From: an uncultured Chloroflexia bacterium
GTDB lineage: Bacteria > Chloroflexota > Chloroflexia > Thermomicrobiales > UBA6265
Reading direction: 5' to 3'
Length of the DNA stretch: 64,000 nucleotides
NCBI GenBank assembly: GCA_963724295.1
Contig: CAVRUC010000013.1
Coordinates: 416,001 to 480,000, forward strand
A program made the translations under genes and the position numbers. Under the pieces are notes generated by a model, which saw only the letters and a program-made list of their open reading frames with translations, did not search any database and was not told the origin of the DNA. Of the stretch, positions 1-9,149 are shown one piece after another. How positions within the stretch are numbered: position 1 is the first letter of the stretch; each line of letters begins with the position of its first letter.

Positions 1-1399
1 GGTCGTAGTCCATCTTCACCTGTTTCAGCCGCGCCAGGTTTGGTCCGTAATAGGCGCGCTCCCAATCGGAGAGGTCGGCGTCGATGTAGTTGACGTAGGC
101 GCCGGTCGTGTACGGGGCCATCGCGGCGCGCAGTTCGCGGACCCAGGACAGCGACGCCTCTGCGGCGGTGTCGTCCCACCAATAGGCCTGGTATTGCACG
201 TCAAAGTGCGCGTGGCGATGGGGAAACGCCGTCGCCGCCGGATCGATGGCCGCGATGGCGCCACCCAGGGGAAAGAACCCCACCAGATCGGAGTCGAACG
301 GGGCGGCGCGCAGGTGATCGACCAGGGTCGCGATTGCCTCGGCGGGCAGCGGTTCGTAGGCAATCGCTGATGAGTTCTTGAACCCGAGGGTGCCATTGGC
401 GATCGGTGGTCCGCCAAACTGCTCGGCGGCCGTGAAATACGGGAGCGACTGGATGACCGGGGTTCCCGGTGTGCCCGCCTGGAGCAACGGTTCCAGGAGG
501 GGTGGCAGCTCGGCCGAAGAACCGGTGAACAGCCCCGTCGCCGAGAACGCTCCCGCGCTCGAGTGGGCGACGGCGAGCGCAACGCACAATCGCTCATCGG
601 CGAAAGGCGCCCAGCGCTGCCATGCGTCGAGCACCTCCGCTACGTCATCCCAGGGCCAGGTCACCTGCACGGTAACCACGTCGCCAATCGGGTGCACGCG
701 GAAGGTGAAGGCGGTCGCGATTCCGAAATTCCCGCCGCCACCGCCGCGCATCGCCCAGAAGAGATCGGGATGCTGCTCCTCACTGGTGCGTAGCACTCGT
801 CCATCGGCGGCGACGAGTTCGACGGCCACCAGGTTGTCGCAGGTGAGCCCATATTGGCGCGAGAGGAAGCCGATACCGCCGCCGAGGGTCAGGCCGGCGA
901 TGCCGACGCCCGGACAGGTCCCGGCGGGGATGGTGACGCCGTGGTCCCAGAGACGGCGATAGCAATCGAGCAAGCGAACCCCGGCGCCGACGACCGCCTC
1001 GCCCCGCGACACGTCGACGTCCACCTCGGTCAAGCCCCCCACGTCGATCACGAGCCCCTCGTCGACCACCGAGAACGCTTCGTAGCTATGCCCTCCCGAA
1101 CGCGCGCGCAGCGGCATTCCTTCCTGGCGCGCCCAGCGGACGGCATTCCCCACGTCATTCGTGTTGTCGCATACGACAACTGCTGCGGGGAAGCGCGAGA
1201 AGCGCGCGTTGAAGCTCTGTCTCGCCTCCTCGTAGGCGGGGTCCTTAGGCCAGATCACGCGGCCGCTCAACTGATGAGATGGAGATCCCGGCGGAGCGCG
1301 GAGTAGAGATGCTGCCGGCGTTACTTGCGACACTGCCCAGGCGAGCGATGCGCTTCCCGAGGCGACGAATGTACGGCGCGTGATCCTGTGGCTGAACAT
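1..1399 (-). CDS. Tat-exported FAD-binding oxidoreductase (berberine bridge enzyme-like), 3' end runs off the window
   Basis: Manual translation; absent from the ORF track because there is no stop in the window. MFSHRITRRTF twin-Arg leader, RSGGHSYE covalent-FAD motif, C-terminal GAYVNYID...AYYGPNLARLKQVKMDYDP BBE domain. Confidence 0.9.
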   Translation of the reverse strand, partial: MFSHRITRRTFVASGSASLAWAVSQVTPAASLLRAPPGSPSHQLSGRVIWPKDPAYEEARQSFNARFSRFPAAVVVCDNTNDVGNAVRWARQEGMPLRARSGGHSYEAFSVVDEGLVIDVGGLTEVDVDVSRGEAVVGAGVRLLDCYRRLWDHGVTIPAGTCPGVGIAGLTLGGGIGFLSRQYGLTCDNLVAVELVAADGRVLRTSEEQHPDLFWAMRGGGGGNFGIATAFTFRVHPIGDVVTVQVTWPWDDVAEVLDAWQRWAPFADERLCVALAVAHSSAGAFSATGLFTGSSAELPPLLEPLLQAGTPGTPVIQSLPYFTAAEQFGGPPIANGTLGFKNSSAIAYEPLPAEAIATLVDHLRAAPFDSDLVGFFPLGGAIAAIDPAATAFPHRHAHFDVQYQAYWWDDTAAEASLSWVRELRAAMAPYTTGAYVNYIDADLSDWERAYYGPNLARLKQVKMDYD

Positions 1400-1478
1400 G
1401 CCGGGTCCCCCTGGCCGTCATCGCGGCCCCGCGTTGATTATCCTCCGTTCGCCGCTGACGCAGTGATCCGGCGCTGTC

Positions 1479-1640
1479 TCAACCCTTCACCGACCCGGCC
1501 ATCAGCCCGGCGATGAACTGCCTCGACAGTAACAGGTAGGCCGATCACGACCGGCAACACCAAGACGGTCACCTTGGCGAAGATGTGACCCCACTCGGTG
1601 GAGAAGGCGCCGTAGTGCAGCAGGCCCCCAAGCAGGCTCA
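1479..1640 (-). pseudogene. Remnant C-terminus of a carbohydrate ABC permease
   Basis: YGAFSTEWGHIFA.VTVLVLPVVI, then after a frameshift AYLLLSRQFIAGLMAGSVKG*, a typical MalG-type C-terminus. The rest of the gene is missing. Confidence 0.7.
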
Positions 1641-1690
1641 ACCTGATACGGTTCTGGCCCATAGCGCGAACCAGAGGAGGGTCATGAGGA

Positions 1691-2872
1691 ATGCGGATCG
1701 AGGCGGTCGACTTCTACTACCTGGCGATGCCGGAGGTCCTCGACATCGGCGACGGCAGCCAGGATCTGTTGCTGGTCCGGCTGCAAGCGGGGCCGTACGT
1801 CGGCTGGGGCGAATGTGAGGCCTCGCCGCTGGTCTCCATCGCCAGCCTCGTCTGCCCCATGTCGCACAGCGCCTGCAAACCGGTGCGTGACTCTGTGCTC
1901 GGGCAGACCCTCGACGACATTGCCGATATTGACCGCATCGGTGATCTGGTTCGCGCCAACAGCCTCGATCTCCTGCAAGCGCCGCACACCCTTTCCGGCA
2001 TCGACATCGCCATGTGGGATCTGCTCGGGCGCCGTTTGGAGACGCCGGTCTACCAGCTCCTGGGGTATGAGCGCGCCGAGCCGCGTCTGCCCTATGCGTC
2101 CGTCCTGTTCGGGGATACGCCGGCGGAGACCCTGGCCAAGGCGCGGGGCATCAGCGATAGGGGCTACGTTGCGGCCAAGTTCGGCTGGGGACCGTACGGG
2201 CTAGGCAGCGTCGCGGAAGACGCCGAGCAAGTCGCCGCGGCGCGCGAGGGGCTTGGCGACGAGGGGGTCGTCCTCATCGACGCCGGCACCGTCTGGGGGC
2301 ATGACCTGGCGGCCGCGACAGCGCGCTTGGCGGCGCTGCAGGCGTACCGGGCCACCTGGCTGGAGGAGCCGTTCGTCACCGGCGCACTCGACGCCTATCA
2401 CGCGTTAGCTGCGCAGAGCGGGGAGGTGCGCATTGCCGGCGGCGAGGGCTCGCACAACGAGGACATGGCCCGCCATATGATCGACCACGGCGGCGTGGGG
2501 TTCATCCAGATCGATGCCGGGCGTATCGGCGGCATCTCACCGGCCAAGCGCGTGGCTGACTACGCGCTGCAGCGCGGGGTTACCTACGTCAACCACACCT
2601 TCACCTCACACCTGGCACTCAGCGCCTCGCTGCAACCGTACGCCGGGCACCCGGCGCGGTCGATCTGCGAGTACCCGGTCGAGCTGAAATCGCTCGCCTG
2701 GGAGATGACGCAGGAGCACATCACTCCCGACGCGAACGGGCTCATCACCCTGCCGGAGGCGCCGGGACTGGGTATGACACCCGATCTTGAAGCCGCGAAG
2801 CGCTATCTGCTCGACGTCGAAATTGCGGTCGGTGGGAAGACGCTCTACCGCACGCCGCGGCTAGTGCGATGA
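1691..2872 (+). CDS. Mandelate racemase/muconate lactonizing enzyme family (enolase superfamily)
   Basis: GWGEC, SGIDIAMWDLLG, KFGWG, DAG, WLEEP, GGE, QIDAGRIGG and PEAPGLG motifs. Confidence 0.9.
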   Translation: MRIEAVDFYYLAMPEVLDIGDGSQDLLLVRLQAGPYVGWGECEASPLVSIASLVCPMSHSACKPVRDSVLGQTLDDIADIDRIGDLVRANSLDLLQAPHTLSGIDIAMWDLLGRRLETPVYQLLGYERAEPRLPYASVLFGDTPAETLAKARGISDRGYVAAKFGWGPYGLGSVAEDAEQVAAAREGLGDEGVVLIDAGTVWGHDLAAATARLAALQAYRATWLEEPFVTGALDAYHALAAQSGEVRIAGGEGSHNEDMARHMIDHGGVGFIQIDAGRIGGISPAKRVADYALQRGVTYVNHTFTSHLALSASLQPYAGHPARSICEYPVELKSLAWEMTQEHITPDANGLITLPEAPGLGMTPDLEAAKRYLLDVEIAVGGKTLYRTPRLVR

Positions 2873-3379
2873 TGGGGATCGCGATCCGGACCACCGAGAA
2901 CCGCAATCGGTCTTGACGAACATGTCGATATCATCGGCGAGACGCTCGAGCTCTCCGGGAAACGTCTCAATCAACCCCTGCCGCTTCTGCAGCGTCGCAG
3001 GTGGCGGCCCGCCGCGTCTGGATTGCGCTGACTCGAGGATCTCGTCCAGATGCATCATGATCAGGATCTTGGAACGTGCGTCGCGGGAGCGCTCTCTCAG
3101 GACCGACGGCAGGACATGCAGGACTTGCAGTGCCTCATCAAACGCCTGCCGTTCGAGCGCGGACGGTGAATAGTCCGACGCGTCCTCTTGCAGATGCCGC
3201 ACGACCTGGGCGTTGAACCGGGCTTCGTCGGCAAGAGCCTGCATCGCCGAACACGCGGCGAGCTGCCGATCGTAGCGAATTGACCACCTGGAGATCGCCA
3301 AGCCGGTAATCGCGCCGAAAATCGCGCCGACGACCGCGCCAAGGAGTGCCCCGATGATCTCTGCGTCGATCTGAGCCAC
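2861..3379 (-). CDS. Hypothetical protein with N-terminal TM helix
   Basis: GTG start after GAGGGAG; hydrophobic IIGALLGAVVGAIFGAITG followed by a helical domain. Confidence 0.6.
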   Translation of the reverse strand: MAQIDAEIIGALLGAVVGAIFGAITGLAISRWSIRYDRQLAACSAMQALADEARFNAQVVRHLQEDASDYSPSALERQAFDEALQVLHVLPSVLRERSRDARSKILIMMHLDEILESAQSRRGGPPPATLQKRQGLIETFPGELERLADDIDMFVKTDCGSRWSGSRSPSSH

Positions 3380-3512
3380 GGCTCCCTCGATCTGCTGTTG
3401 CGGAGGGCCAGCGAATCTTCGCGGTCGATAGTGGTGATGATCGCGCAATTCGGGTTCCATCGCATGATGTCGACCTGAAACCTGCTGGGAATGAAGTAAG
3501 GAGCATGTCGCG

Positions 3513-4418
3513 GTGGTTATCGGCAGCGCCGTCGTGATCGAGGCCGCGCTCAACGGCGGCCGAGACCGTTCCCAGAATGCGGCGGTGCCATACACCGCGG
3601 GTGAGCTTGCCGCCGAGGCCAGGCGCTGCGCGGATGAAGGCGCCACGGTCTTCCACGTCCACGCCCGAGCGGACAACGGCGGCTGGACGGTCGACCCAGG
3701 GCGGTATGCCGGGGTTCTGCGAGAGCTGCGCGCGGCGGTCCCTGACGGCCTGGTCAGCATCACCTCGATCCGTCCGGAAGGCGTCCGCGTGGAAGCGATG
3801 CTGGAGCTACTCGCGACGCTCGCCGGCGACCCCGCGACGAAACCGGACATGATCTCGATCAACCTCGGTCACATCGTTGCCTGGGAGCCCGACGTCAGTG
3901 GCTCAGTCCGCCGCCGTACGACGCATTACCCTAATGCCTATGAAGATGTCACTCGTCTCCTGGCGGCGTGCACGGCGCACGGCGTCCAGCCCGAGCTGGG
4001 AGTGATGGACCTTGGGTTTGTCGCCAACGCGGTCGCGTTGCGCAACGATGGTGTGCTGCCGGAGCGGCCCTGGTTCCTGATCGAGCTCGACAGTCCGGCC
4101 TATGACTCGGGCGTTCAGGTCGCGCCCTCGACCGTCGCCAACTACGACGCGCTGGCGGCCCCGCTGCGGCAGCATTTCCCGAAGGCGCCCTGGGCGGCCC
4201 ACGGACAGGGTGTCGCGGGGTACGCGGTCATCGAGCGGGCGCTGGCCGACAAGGAACACGTTCGCGTCGGTTTCGAGGACGCCATCCAGCTTCCTGATGG
4301 CCGCCTCGCGCGGAGCAATGCGGAACTGGTGAGATGGGCCGTTGAAGCAATCCAGGAAGTGGGTCGGACCTTGGCGACAGTCGAGGAAACGCGCGTGATT
4401 ACGGGCTGTTACCCATGA
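3513..4418 (+). CDS. 3-keto-5-aminohexanoate cleavage enzyme family (BKACE/DUF849)
   Basis: IEAALNG, GATVFHVHAR Zn motif, HVRVGFED, SNAELV. Confidence 0.88.
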   Translation: MVIGSAVVIEAALNGGRDRSQNAAVPYTAGELAAEARRCADEGATVFHVHARADNGGWTVDPGRYAGVLRELRAAVPDGLVSITSIRPEGVRVEAMLELLATLAGDPATKPDMISINLGHIVAWEPDVSGSVRRRTTHYPNAYEDVTRLLAACTAHGVQPELGVMDLGFVANAVALRNDGVLPERPWFLIELDSPAYDSGVQVAPSTVANYDALAAPLRQHFPKAPWAAHGQGVAGYAVIERALADKEHVRVGFEDAIQLPDGRLARSNAELVRWAVEAIQEVGRTLATVEETRVITGCYP

Positions 4419-4524
4419 GTTCGCTTCACGCTGCTGAGAATCATGCAAGTAGCTGAACCCCCTGGATCGTGCTTCCACTTGCACGTGCGGGAAGCGAGGC
4501 GATCGACGAGAGACGAGGCGGCGA

Positions 4525-5196
4525 TCAGGTGTCTCCAGCACGTGCTATCGGCGTCGCCGCCGGAATGCTCTGCCCGACCGGTGGTCGCGGCATGGTCATC
4601 ATCTCGGTCGTCTCCGGTGTCAGCCCGAACACCCCGCGGCAGAAGCGATCCAGCGGACCGGGGAAGGAGACCGCCTCGCCCGACCCCTCGATGAGATCGA
4701 GCGCATTGAGCGCGTCCATCACCTCGGCGGGATCGGCGAAGAGCCAGCGGGCAAAGGCGCGATCGTTGGCCGGGCTGACTCCCACCAGGGCGTGGGCGAG
4801 CGAGAGGTGCTGCGCCTCGACCGCGCCTATCTGATAGGCAATTTCGACCTGCGAAACATCGCCCCGTGCTGCCCTGGCGCGCGCCAGGGCCATATACCCC
4901 GCGATGCTGATGGCCTTCAACTCCAGGATGCCGACCAGGAGGAGGGTGCGATCGGTGACCATCTGCTCCGGGAGGGTGAAAGATTCAACGATCGATACCC
5001 CACCGGTGGCCAGCAGCGCGTGGTAGTGCTGCTCGTCCTGGCACTGGGCGGCGCGCAGGACGATGAGCGCATCCTCGCCGAGGTCGAGGTCGCCGTCCTG
5101 GTCACGCTGGCGTGCCACTCCGAGCAGGGTGACCGCCGCGGCCTCCAGGGTCGCGAGCGCATCAAGCCCGGATTGCAGGGAGCGGCGGTCAGTCAT
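4525..5196 (-). CDS. Ferritin-like domain protein
   Basis: DEQHY and QIGAVEAQH (ExxH) helical pattern. Confidence 0.7.
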   Translation of the reverse strand: MTDRRSLQSGLDALATLEAAAVTLLGVARQRDQDGDLDLGEDALIVLRAAQCQDEQHYHALLATGGVSIVESFTLPEQMVTDRTLLLVGILELKAISIAGYMALARARAARGDVSQVEIAYQIGAVEAQHLSLAHALVGVSPANDRAFARWLFADPAEVMDALNALDLIEGSGEAVSFPGPLDRFCRGVFGLTPETTEMMTMPRPPVGQSIPAATPIARAGDT

Positions 5197-5285
5197 GGCG
5201 AAGGGTCAAGGGATTGTGCCCCTCATGCCCAGCGCCCGACCCCTCGGAGCGGGGAGAAGAGAACAGGGCTCCACCCGAGAAGAAA

Positions 5286-5327
5286 GCCCCTCTCCCAGCA
5301 CACTGGGAGAGGGGTTGGGGTGAGGGC
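5286..5327. repeat. REP-like palindrome (CCCCTCTCCC...GGGAGAGGGG type)
   Basis: cccctctccca-gcacac-tgggagagggg hairpin with a ttggggtgaggg flank; related copy at 15871-15916. Confidence 0.7.
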
Positions 5328-5332
5328 TCGCC

Positions 5333-7228
5333 CTACGCCTTCCGGTTCCAGTTGGCGATATTCCAGTAGTTGTATTCGTACGGGCTCGACGCGACGTTTG
5401 CCTGTTGCAGCGTGGTCGAGATGCCATACGTGGAGGCCGAGCGGTTCACGATCGGGATCACCGCGACGTCCTCGATCAGGATGTCGTTCATCCGGATGAA
5501 CATCTCCGCCGCCTTCTCGAGGTCAGTCTCCAGCCGCACCTGATCGAAGAGTTCATCGTACTCGGCGTTCTGATAGCGGCTGAAGTTCTGGGCACTCCAA
5601 TCATTCGATGCCTGGGCGATGTTCTCGCCTTCCGGCCCACCATACCAGCTGATCATGTACGCCACCGGGATGGGCGTGGTGGGGTTGGAGGTGTACATCT
5701 GCAGGTCGTTGTAGAAGTGGTTGATGTTCTGGTCGTTGCCAGGAGAGCTGTCGAAGTAGACGGCGGCATCGACCTGACGCAGCTCGGTGCGGAAGCCGAT
5801 CTCATCGAGCGCCTGCTTGATGATCGCTTGCGTCTTTTGCCGGACCGAGCTGATCGTGGTGACGTAAGTGATGTTCAGCTCGACGCCGTCCTTGGCGCGG
5901 ACATCGCCCTGCATCGTCCAACCGGCCTCCTCCAGGATCCTCTTCGCCTCCTCGACGTTGAACTCCCAGGACGTGTTGGGAGATTCCATCGTCGGCATGC
6001 CGGTCAGGATGTTGGCGGTCGGTGGCTCGAACTCCGGTCCGGCGTAGAGTTGCTGGGAAATGACATCCCGCTGCACGGCCAGGTTGAGCGCCTGGCGGAC
6101 GGCCTTGTCGCTCATGATCGGGTTGACGGTCCCGAGCTTGGCCCGCTCCCCGTCGACCTCGGTCTTCCAGTCAGCGACCTGGATCTCGATGCGCTCGACC
6201 GAGTTGCCGCGTGCAATGTCGACGACACCTTTGCCGCCCTGCTCCAGGTCAGCCAGGATCTGCGGCTCGACCTGCAGATTCCAGGCGAAGTCGTACTCTC
6301 CCGTCTGGAGCACGGCGCGCGCCGCCGACGCCGCGTCTCCGCCGCCCTTCAGGTTGACCGTGGCGAAGTACGGCTTGTCCGCCTCCCGGTAGTTCTCGTT
6401 GATGACGTACGTGGCCTGATCGTTCGGGGAAAAGGTATCGATCTTGTAGGGCCCGGTACCAACCGGGTTGAGGAGGAAGGCATCGTGAGCCGCCTTGCCA
6501 TCCTCGACGTCGAGGATATGCTTCGGATAGACGTAGCCGTATGCTGAACCGGCATGTGGCTCGAACCAGGTGGCGTTCGGCGCGGCAAAGAAGACCTGCA
6601 CGGTCTGCGGGTCGACAACCTCCATCGACTCGATCGCCGCATAGACCACCGCGTTGACAGAGGCGTTCTCGGGCTCGATGATCCACTCCCAGGTGAAGAC
6701 GACGTCGTCGGCCGTCAGCGGCTCGCCGTCGGCCCAGGTGACTCCATCCAGCAGCTTATAGGTAACGCTCTTGAGATCCTCGGCCAGGAGACCGTTCTCG
6801 ACAGTTGGCACCTCGGTGATCAGGTTCGGGATGAGCGTACCGTCCGGCAGGTAGTGCATGAGTGGCTCGACAATGAGCTGCGCCGCCAGGAAGTCCTTCT
6901 CGCCGGTGGAGACGTGCGGGCTGAGCATGCTCGGCGCCTGCCACTGAATCAGCCTCAGCTCGCCACCCTCGCCACGGGTGCGGCCATCCATCCCCTCGGT
7001 GGGTGGACCGGATGTCGCCTGTGCCGCCACGCCCCAACCGACATGCCGGGTCGCTGTCCCGCTCGCGGTCGTCGCGGTCGCGGTCTCGGCGCGCAAAATG
7101 AACGAGATGATCGGCATGCCGACGCCGAGCGTCAGGGCACGCAGGGTGAACTCGCGGCGAGTGATCTTGCCGCTACGGAGCTCCTGGTGCAGGGCTGCCA
7201 ATGGACCTTGCGGTCTTGCTTTGGTCAT
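5333..7228 (-). CDS. Peptide/nickel ABC transporter substrate-binding protein (SBP family 5), Tat-type leader
   Basis: ITRREF leader; VTWADGEPLTADDVVFTW, PVGTGPY, DKAVRQAL, YQNAEYD motifs. Confidence 0.92.
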   Translation of the reverse strand: MTKARPQGPLAALHQELRSGKITRREFTLRALTLGVGMPIISFILRAETATATTASGTATRHVGWGVAAQATSGPPTEGMDGRTRGEGGELRLIQWQAPSMLSPHVSTGEKDFLAAQLIVEPLMHYLPDGTLIPNLITEVPTVENGLLAEDLKSVTYKLLDGVTWADGEPLTADDVVFTWEWIIEPENASVNAVVYAAIESMEVVDPQTVQVFFAAPNATWFEPHAGSAYGYVYPKHILDVEDGKAAHDAFLLNPVGTGPYKIDTFSPNDQATYVINENYREADKPYFATVNLKGGGDAASAARAVLQTGEYDFAWNLQVEPQILADLEQGGKGVVDIARGNSVERIEIQVADWKTEVDGERAKLGTVNPIMSDKAVRQALNLAVQRDVISQQLYAGPEFEPPTANILTGMPTMESPNTSWEFNVEEAKRILEEAGWTMQGDVRAKDGVELNITYVTTISSVRQKTQAIIKQALDEIGFRTELRQVDAAVYFDSSPGNDQNINHFYNDLQMYTSNPTTPIPVAYMISWYGGPEGENIAQASNDWSAQNFSRYQNAEYDELFDQVRLETDLEKAAEMFIRMNDILIEDVAVIPIVNRSASTYGISTTLQQANVASSPYEYNYWNIANWNRKA

Positions 7229-7368
7229 CGCGGGATCGCTCCTCTCTCGAACGTGGTGTCCTCGGCGGCCTGGCCGAGAAGTCACTCTGCGGCGGCCGCA
7301 TTGCCGCCGTCAAGCGCGCATTGTACCCGGGGCGCGAACGGACGGTGCTAGATGTTAGGTGATGGTGT

Positions 7369-7410
7369 CGGGGTGTCAGGGTGTCGGCAAGAACGACACC
7401 CTGACACCCC
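7369..7410. repeat. Inverted repeat built from 8-mer GGTGTCAG units (possible terminator)
   Basis: ggggtgtcagggtgtcg-gcaagaa-cgacaccctgacacccc. Confidence 0.7.
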
Positions 7411-7540
7411 GCGACCCGCGTCCTTAGGGACGACGCAGGCGTCGCCCGAAACGCCCGGCGTTCCGGATTCAAACGGAGCTACTATCGAGACCAGGAGTGC
7501 ACCAGCCAGGGCAAACGCCGGGAGGGACGCTATTGACCGG

Positions 7541-8572
7541 TTACTCGACTGTGAAGGTCGCCTCCATCCCCTGCGCCAGATGCGGTATTCCCTCCGGATC
7601 GGGGAAGAGGCAGACGAGGGTGTACTCACCCGGATCGAGGTCGACCAGGACGAGGTTGCCCTCATCGCCGGCCGTAACGGTCGCCGCGCCGATGAAGGTC
7701 ACCTCCCGCGGCAGATCGGGACCGCTCGCTCGCAACAGATCGTCCGTCGTGTAGCCGGGCGCGAGACGGAGCACCAGCATCTCGTGGTCTTCGTCGGAGA
7801 CGTTCGTCCCGCTCAGGACGACGTCCGGACCGGAGACCGTTCTCTCATCCAGAGTGAACGAGCGATCGCCGATCTCGACGTCGATTGGCGCCGCACCGGG
7901 TGGAGCGGAGACTGGCATGTGCCGCTCGCCAGCCAGCCGCCAGATGCTTTCTCTCGCGCGGCGCTCGTCACCTGGGGCCGGCTCGAAGGTCCATTCGGCG
8001 CGCAGGAGCTGGTTGCCGACGACCTGGGTGACCACGGCCGTGGCGCGGTCGTCGCCGGATGGGGTGACATCCTCGACACTGGTGATCCGGGTCGGAACAG
8101 GCGTCAGCTGTGAGGCAATGGCCACGTACTCATCCCTGGAAAATGGAACGCTGCTGCCGAAGAGCTGGCCGAGATACCGCTCGGCGGCGAGCTGGGTCAC
8201 GGTCTCGGCATCGCCCGCGGAGAGGCAGGCCGCCAGGGACTCGGCGAGGGCCGTCAGCTCTTCGCTGAGGAGCGCGGCCGGGTCGGGCGCTGGCTGGACC
8301 GGCGTGGCCACGCGGGCGGAGACCGGGGTTGCTAGTTCTGGTTCGTCTTCTCCTTCGACCTGGATGATGGAGGAACTGGTGCCCGGGGTCGGAGTGGCGG
8401 CGCTTGCTGTCGCCGGGAGGCGATCTCGAGACGAGGCGGCGGCCGCGGGAATTTCGCACGTCGCGGCCAGCGCCGGTGACCAGTGGAGTCCCTGGGCCAC
8501 GAATGAGGCCATCAGCAGGATGGCGAGCGCCGTGGCTCGCAACTGCCATCGGGACGTGTGAGGGCACCGCAT
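7541..8572 (-). CDS. Secreted protein with C-terminal cupredoxin-like domain
   Basis: Signal peptide; HEM...YTLVCLFPDPEGIPHLAQGM gives the His/Cys/His/Met type-1 copper ligand pattern. Confidence 0.7.
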   Translation of the reverse strand: MRCPHTSRWQLRATALAILLMASFVAQGLHWSPALAATCEIPAAAASSRDRLPATASAATPTPGTSSSIIQVEGEDEPELATPVSARVATPVQPAPDPAALLSEELTALAESLAACLSAGDAETVTQLAAERYLGQLFGSSVPFSRDEYVAIASQLTPVPTRITSVEDVTPSGDDRATAVVTQVVGNQLLRAEWTFEPAPGDERRARESIWRLAGERHMPVSAPPGAAPIDVEIGDRSFTLDERTVSGPDVVLSGTNVSDEDHEMLVLRLAPGYTTDDLLRASGPDLPREVTFIGAATVTAGDEGNLVLVDLDPGEYTLVCLFPDPEGIPHLAQGMEATFTVE

Positions 8573-8795
8573 CCGTCGCTCCCACGTTGCTGCCCGGCTC
8601 GTTTTCCTCATCCCGTGCGTTGCCCCCATGTACTGCCCGGTACGGCGGCCGTAACCGCGGGCCAACGCACCAGGGCCGATCGAGTCTTCATGTTGCGGCG
8701 AGGCGGGAAGCGAGAAGCGCATTGTAGTTCACCGCACCGAGTCCTCGGCGCGGTGGGCCCGCCTATACTCGGACCGGTGATGAGGAGGGCGCAAG

Positions 8796-9149
8796 ATGGA
8801 GCGGTTTCCCCCGGGCGACGATCCCGCCGACCTGAATGGCCACGGTCATGAAGAGGAGGAGTGGGCGGAAGCGCTAACGCGCAGCGTCGCGCACCTCGCG
8901 GCACAGTTGACCATCAATCAGATCCGTCTGCGGGCGCTGGCGACGGAGCTTGGTGAGCGAGGACTGATCGATCCAGGTGCCGTTGCGGCGCGGGTGCGCG
9001 GGATCGCGAAAGTGGAGACCGGGGTCTACCTGCGCGAGAACCTCGGCGAAAGCCTGGTCGACGTTATCGACGTCGACGCGCTGGAGCAGGACCTCGTTGA
9101 CTATTTGCAGAGCGACGAGGGTTCCGAGGGTGATCGGGTGATCGGGTGA
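8796..9149 (+). CDS. Hypothetical acidic helical protein
   Basis: RBS GAGGAGGG, high GC3, 117 aa. Confidence 0.65.
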   Translation: MERFPPGDDPADLNGHGHEEEEWAEALTRSVAHLAAQLTINQIRLRALATELGERGLIDPGAVAARVRGIAKVETGVYLRENLGESLVDVIDVDALEQDLVDYLQSDEGSEGDRVIG

